This document shows, piece by piece, positions 60,513-64,000 of a stretch of DNA of 64,000 nt. Below the pieces are notes generated by a model that worked only from the letters and a program-made list of their open reading frames with translations, made no database searches and was not told the origin of the DNA. Each line of letters opens with the position of its first letter. Position 1 is the stretch's first letter. The stretch comes from an uncultured Hyphomicrobiaceae bacterium. GTDB lineage: Bacteria; Pseudomonadota; Alphaproteobacteria; Rhizobiales; Hyphomicrobiaceae. The stretch spans positions 16,957 through 80,956 of the forward strand of contig CAWUIN010000002.1 of the NCBI GenBank assembly GCA_963922535.1, read 5' to 3'. The position numbers and the translations under genes are program-made.

Positions 60513-61412
60513 TTACGAAATTGTCTGGAAGGCTATAGAACGCTCACAGCCTGATAGGTCTTGCCACACACCTGCGACCTTAACACGGCTATCGTTGATG
60601 CATGTTTGCATAGCATCGATAACTCTCGTCGCGTCGTTACAGGCAATTTCAAGGATGACGAATCCCTTAGGGATAACATTCAACAGGCTTGTTGCGATAA
60701 TGCGGTATGCGGCTAATCCATCTTTGCCGCCATCAAGTGCTACATAAGGATCATGTTGCAAAACTTCAACTTGCAATGCCTGTATTTCATCTCGCTTGAT
60801 GTAAGGCGGGTTGGAGATAACAAGGTCGAATGTTTCCTCGACATTTTCAAGATAATTCGATTGCAGCCACGTCATGCGATTGTCTAATCCTAATGCTACG
60901 GCATTGTCACGTGCGGCGTGCAGAGTATTAGCACAAATATCAACGGCAGTCGCGGTTGCATTAGGCCACTCCGCCAACAGCGTCAAAGCCAGGCAGCCAG
61001 TTCCAGTCCCAACATCAAGAATACGCAATGGTGCGTGATGGCCCCGATGCATGTTTGTCAATTCAAAAGCGGCATCGATCAGCGTCTCGCTATCTGCCCG
61101 CGGCTCCAGCGTTGCCGCAGAAAGAGCAAAACGACGGCCATAAAATTCCTGCCACCCGCGAATGCGCGAGAGTGGTTCCCCGCCAGCCCGCCGCTCCAGC
61201 CATTCCAGAACGCTCTGTTGCTGCAGTTTTCCCAATATCATCTGCGGTCGAAGAATGATGTCTTCGCGTTGAAGTCCGGCTGCTTCGACGAGCAACTGCC
61301 GGGCTTCAACGCCAGCGTTCTCGACGCCGGCGTGCTCAAGAGCCTGCATCACGCGACTGCTGGCTTCCGCTACCGTCAATGTGCGATCAAGAAAAAAGCT
61401 GCGATCAACCAT
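60513..61412 (-). CDS. prmC: release-factor glutamine N5-methyltransferase
   Basis: Has ..[15 protein letters not shown].. and the NPPY motif (VISNPPYI). The ATG at 61412 overlaps the prfA stop by 8 nt (ATGGTTGA). Confidence 0.9.
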   Translation of the reverse strand: MVDRSFFLDRTLTVAEASSRVMQALEHAGVENAGVEARQLLVEAAGLQREDIILRPQMILGKLQQQSVLEWLERRAGGEPLSRIRGWQEFYGRRFALSAATLEPRADSETLIDAAFELTNMHRGHHAPLRILDVGTGTGCLALTLLAEWPNATATAVDICANTLHAARDNAVALGLDNRMTWLQSNYLENVEETFDLVISNPPYIKRDEIQALQVEVLQHDPYVALDGGKDGLAAYRIIATSLLNVIPKGFVILEIACNDATRVIDAMQTCINDSRVKVAGVWQDLSGCERSIAFQTIS

Positions 61413-62487
61413 TGCCTTCCATTGCGGCCAATTGCGTTGCCTGATTTTCTGTGACCAGCGCATCAATCACTTCATCGAGAGCATCGCCCTCCAGCATCTG
61501 GTCAAGTTTATGCAAGGTCAGATTGATGCGATGATCCGTTACGCGTCCCTGCGGAAAATTATACGTGCGAATACGCTGCGAGCGATCCCCTGAGCCGACC
61601 TGACCGCGGCGTGCCGCGGCCCTTTGATCTGCGGCCTTCTCGCGCTCCATATCGTAAAGTCGTGATCTGAGGACCTGCATAGCGTTACGACGGTTCTGGT
61701 GTTGCGATTTTTCTGCCGAGATCACAGTTATGCCGGTTGGGATATGAATGATGCGTACCGCTGAATCAGTCGTGTTAACGTGTTGGCCGCCAGCTCCCGA
61801 AGCGCGCATTGTGTCAATACGTAAATCCTCCTGGCGAATGTGGATGTCAACCTCGTCGGCCTCCGGCAGTACCGCGACCGTTGCAGCAGACGTATGAATG
61901 CGCCCGCTTGTCTCTGTTGCCGGCACACGCTGAACACGATGCACGCCGGACTCGAACTTCAGTCGTGCAAAAACGCCATCACCGGTAATGGATGCTATAA
62001 TCTCTTTGTAACCTCCAAGGTCGTTTTGCGACGCTTCAATGATTTCAACCTGCCATTTGTGCAGTTCAGCATAACGTACGTACATACGGAAGAGATCAGC
62101 GGCAAAAAGCGCCGCCTCATCGCCTCCCGTGCCAGCTCGCACTTCTATGATAACGCTCTTGTCGTCGGCCTCGTCTTTGGGAAGCAACTGAACCTTGAGC
62201 TGATGCTCAAGAGCAGCTAACTGAACCTCAACCTCGTCCAGCTCCTCTTTGGCAAGAGCAACCATCTCAGCATCACTGTCTCTATCAGAGATGATTGTCT
62301 TCAGATCGGCAATTTCCGACGCTGCATTCTTGATGCTTCTTATTGTGCTGACAATGGGATTAAGGTTTGCAAATTCCTTAGACAGGCGAGCAAAGGCTTT
62401 CGGATCGGCATTAGCGTTCATTTCCTGCTGGACCAATTCCCAACGCTCAACAAGGCCGGCAAGCTTTTCTTGTGGTAGTGAACTCAT
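61405..62487 (-). CDS. prfA: peptide chain release factor 1
   Basis: Has the PAT tripeptide anticodon motif (RVQRVPATE) and the GGQ motif ([11 protein letters not shown]). Length 360 aa. Confidence 0.97.
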   Translation of the reverse strand: MSSLPQEKLAGLVERWELVQQEMNANADPKAFARLSKEFANLNPIVSTIRSIKNAASEIADLKTIISDRDSDAEMVALAKEELDEVEVQLAALEHQLKVQLLPKDEADDKSVIIEVRAGTGGDEAALFAADLFRMYVRYAELHKWQVEIIEASQNDLGGYKEIIASITGDGVFARLKFESGVHRVQRVPATETSGRIHTSAATVAVLPEADEVDIHIRQEDLRIDTMRASGAGGQHVNTTDSAVRIIHIPTGITVISAEKSQHQNRRNAMQVLRSRLYDMEREKAADQRAAARRGQVGSGDRSQRIRTYNFPQGRVTDHRINLTLHKLDQMLEGDALDEVIDALVTENQATQLAAMEGNG

Positions 62488-62507
62488 CTAAATCGCAAAG
62501 TCCAACA

Positions 62508-64000
62508 TCAGATTTCGACATAGTAGCGCGCAGCAAATTCTTTCAGATCCTGTCGTAAATCGCCAGCACATCCACTTTTCAGTCTTTCATTCATGAAAGC
62601 GCTAATACGTGCGCGATCAAGCGAGAGTATCATCTTTTTCACCGGCCCAATCGCGGCCGGCGCCATTGATAAAGCTCGATATCCTAAACCAATCAAAGCC
62701 ATAGCCTGCAACGGTTTGGCTGCAAATTCCCCACACAACGTCACCGGCACATTATTACGTTCGCCGGCCTCCTGGACCATGCGCAGGGCTTGCAGCGCTG
62801 AGATAGACAAAGGATCATAACGGTCCGCCACTAAAGGATTTGAACGATCGGCGGCATAGAGAAACTGCAGCAGATCATTGCTGCCAACGGAGACGAAGTC
62901 AACGCGCGCCATCAAGGCATCAAGCTCTAGCAGAATACTCGGCACTTCGACCATAGCGCCGATTTTAAACTTTGCAGGCATCGGATCGCGACGCTTGAAA
63001 GCACGTTGTTCCTCGCTTGCGATAAGTTCCCGCGCCTGGTCAATCTCATAAGCCGCACTCACCATTGGTAGCATAAGACGTAGTTCGCGGCTAGCTGCCG
63101 CCCGAAACATCGCACGCACCTGCAATCTAAAAAGTGCAGGCCTATCAAGAGCAAGGCGTATCGCCCGCCATCCGATTGCCGGATTATCTTCCTTAGGCTG
63201 GCGCAAATACGGCAAAGCTTTATCGCCGCCGATATCAAGTGCGCGAAATACAACCGGTTTATTATCCGCGCCCTCAAGAATTTTACGATAGGTTTCAATC
63301 TGCTTGCCAAGCCGGGGAAATGTGGAGACGATCATGAACTGTAGCTCTGTGCGGAAAAGACCGATACCTTCCGCGCCGCTGTCGCGCAAATGGGCCATAT
63401 CCGCCATCAGGCCGGCATTAATGAGAAGACAGATTTCAGTGCCATCCTTTGTGATCGCCTTTTTATCACGTAGCGCCCGATATTGTTCCTGGCGCCGGGC
63501 CCTGAAGCGAACCTTGTCGTTATAGGCCTCAATAATGTTGGGCGACGGGCGGATGTGCACCTGCCCGCTTTCTCCGTCGACAATGATCGCATCGGCCGAT
63601 GTCACCCTTTCAACGATATCCGGGATCTCACCCACTCCTGCAATACCAAGCGCGCGGGCAACGATGGCGACATGGCTCTGTGCGCCGGCCTCCTCAACAA
63701 CCATCCCCCTGAGACGGGCCGTATCGTAATCGAGCAGTTCGGCAGGCCCCATATTACGCGCAACGAGGATGGTATCATTTGGCAGATTGAGATTCTCTAA
63801 GACCGCCGTCTTGCGTCCTGCAAGGATGCGCAACAGCCGGCCCGCCAGGTCATCAAGATCGCGCAAACGTTCGCGCCAGAACGGGTCGTTCTGGTTCAGC
63901 ATACGCACGCGGGTTCCATTTTGCACACGTTCAACAGCTGCTTCCGCCGTCAGTCCTTCGCGCACCGTATCCTGCATGCGGCGCTGCCAGCCCTTGTCAT
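62508..64000 (-). CDS. ptsP: phosphoenolpyruvate-protein phosphotransferase PtsP (EI-Ntr), C-terminal about 495 aa; N-terminus outside the window
   Basis: PEP-utilising enzyme domains are present: the active-site His region (..EEAGAQSHVAIVARALGIAGV..) and the TIM-barrel domain (..FVSVGSNDLLQF..). The frame is open to the window end. Confidence 0.9.
   Translation of the reverse strand, partial: DKGWQRRMQDTVREGLTAEAAVERVQNGTRVRMLNQNDPFWRERLRDLDDLAGRLLRILAGRKTAVLENLNLPNDTILVARNMGPAELLDYDTARLRGMVVEEAGAQSHVAIVARALGIAGVGEIPDIVERVTSADAIIVDGESGQVHIRPSPNIIEAYNDKVRFRARRQEQYRALRDKKAITKDGTEICLLINAGLMADMAHLRDSGAEGIGLFRTELQFMIVSTFPRLGKQIETYRKILEGADNKPVVFRALDIGGDKALPYLRQPKEDNPAIGWRAIRLALDRPALFRLQVRAMFRAAASRELRLMLPMVSAAYEIDQARELIASEEQRAFKRRDPMPAKFKIGAMVEVPSILLELDALMARVDFVSVGSNDLLQFLYAADRSNPLVADRYDPLSISALQALRMVQEAGERNNVPVTLCGEFAAKPLQAMALIGLGYRALSMAPAAIGPVKKMILSLDRARISAFMNERLKSGCAGDLRQDLKEFAARYYVEI

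Overview
This window is an ordinary core-chromosome segment. It is most consistent with an alphaproteobacterium of the Hyphomicrobiales/Rhizobiales type. That placement is an inference from gene content and synteny: a eukaryote-like about 404-aa NADP-IDH, 41-aa L36, btaAB betaine-lipid genes, phasin, the DUF4167-prmC-prfA-ptsP order, DUF4170-ubiA, and plant-type gshA. By eye the sequence is roughly half G+C, with a few clearly AT-richer patches. I can support about 55 protein genes. They include carB, greA, pccA-like, rpsD, icd, glcDEF, rluD, rpmJ, gpsA, ettA, a FadE/FadJ/FadI-type beta-oxidation operon, ubiA, rsmE, gshA, btaAB, qor, malonyl-CoA decarboxylase, prfA/prmC and ptsP. I saw no rRNA, tRNA or CRISPR array, no intact IS or prophage, and no convincing new multi-gene system (nothing defence-like, TA-like, secretion-related or biosynthetic). 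The unusual content is mostly non-coding or mobile. (1) A roughly 260-bp MITE with 37-bp terminal inverted repeats lies in a CTAG site with TA duplication, exactly at the stop codon of an ABC-transporter gene. (2) A decayed IS630-family transposase relic lies between icd and glcF. (3) Two unrelated families of dispersed palindromic, mosaic intergenic repeats are present, which I name ad hoc PAL-A (3 copies) and PAL-B (4 copies or fragments). (4) Two AT-rich islets carry small orphan ORFs. (5) A small secreted 6-Cys peptide has perfectly symmetric Cys spacing. (6) A SpoU/TrmJ-type methyltransferase ORF stays open for about 160 extra N-terminal codons that include a 4-Cys motif. All family assignments come from motif recognition by eye; no database search was run.
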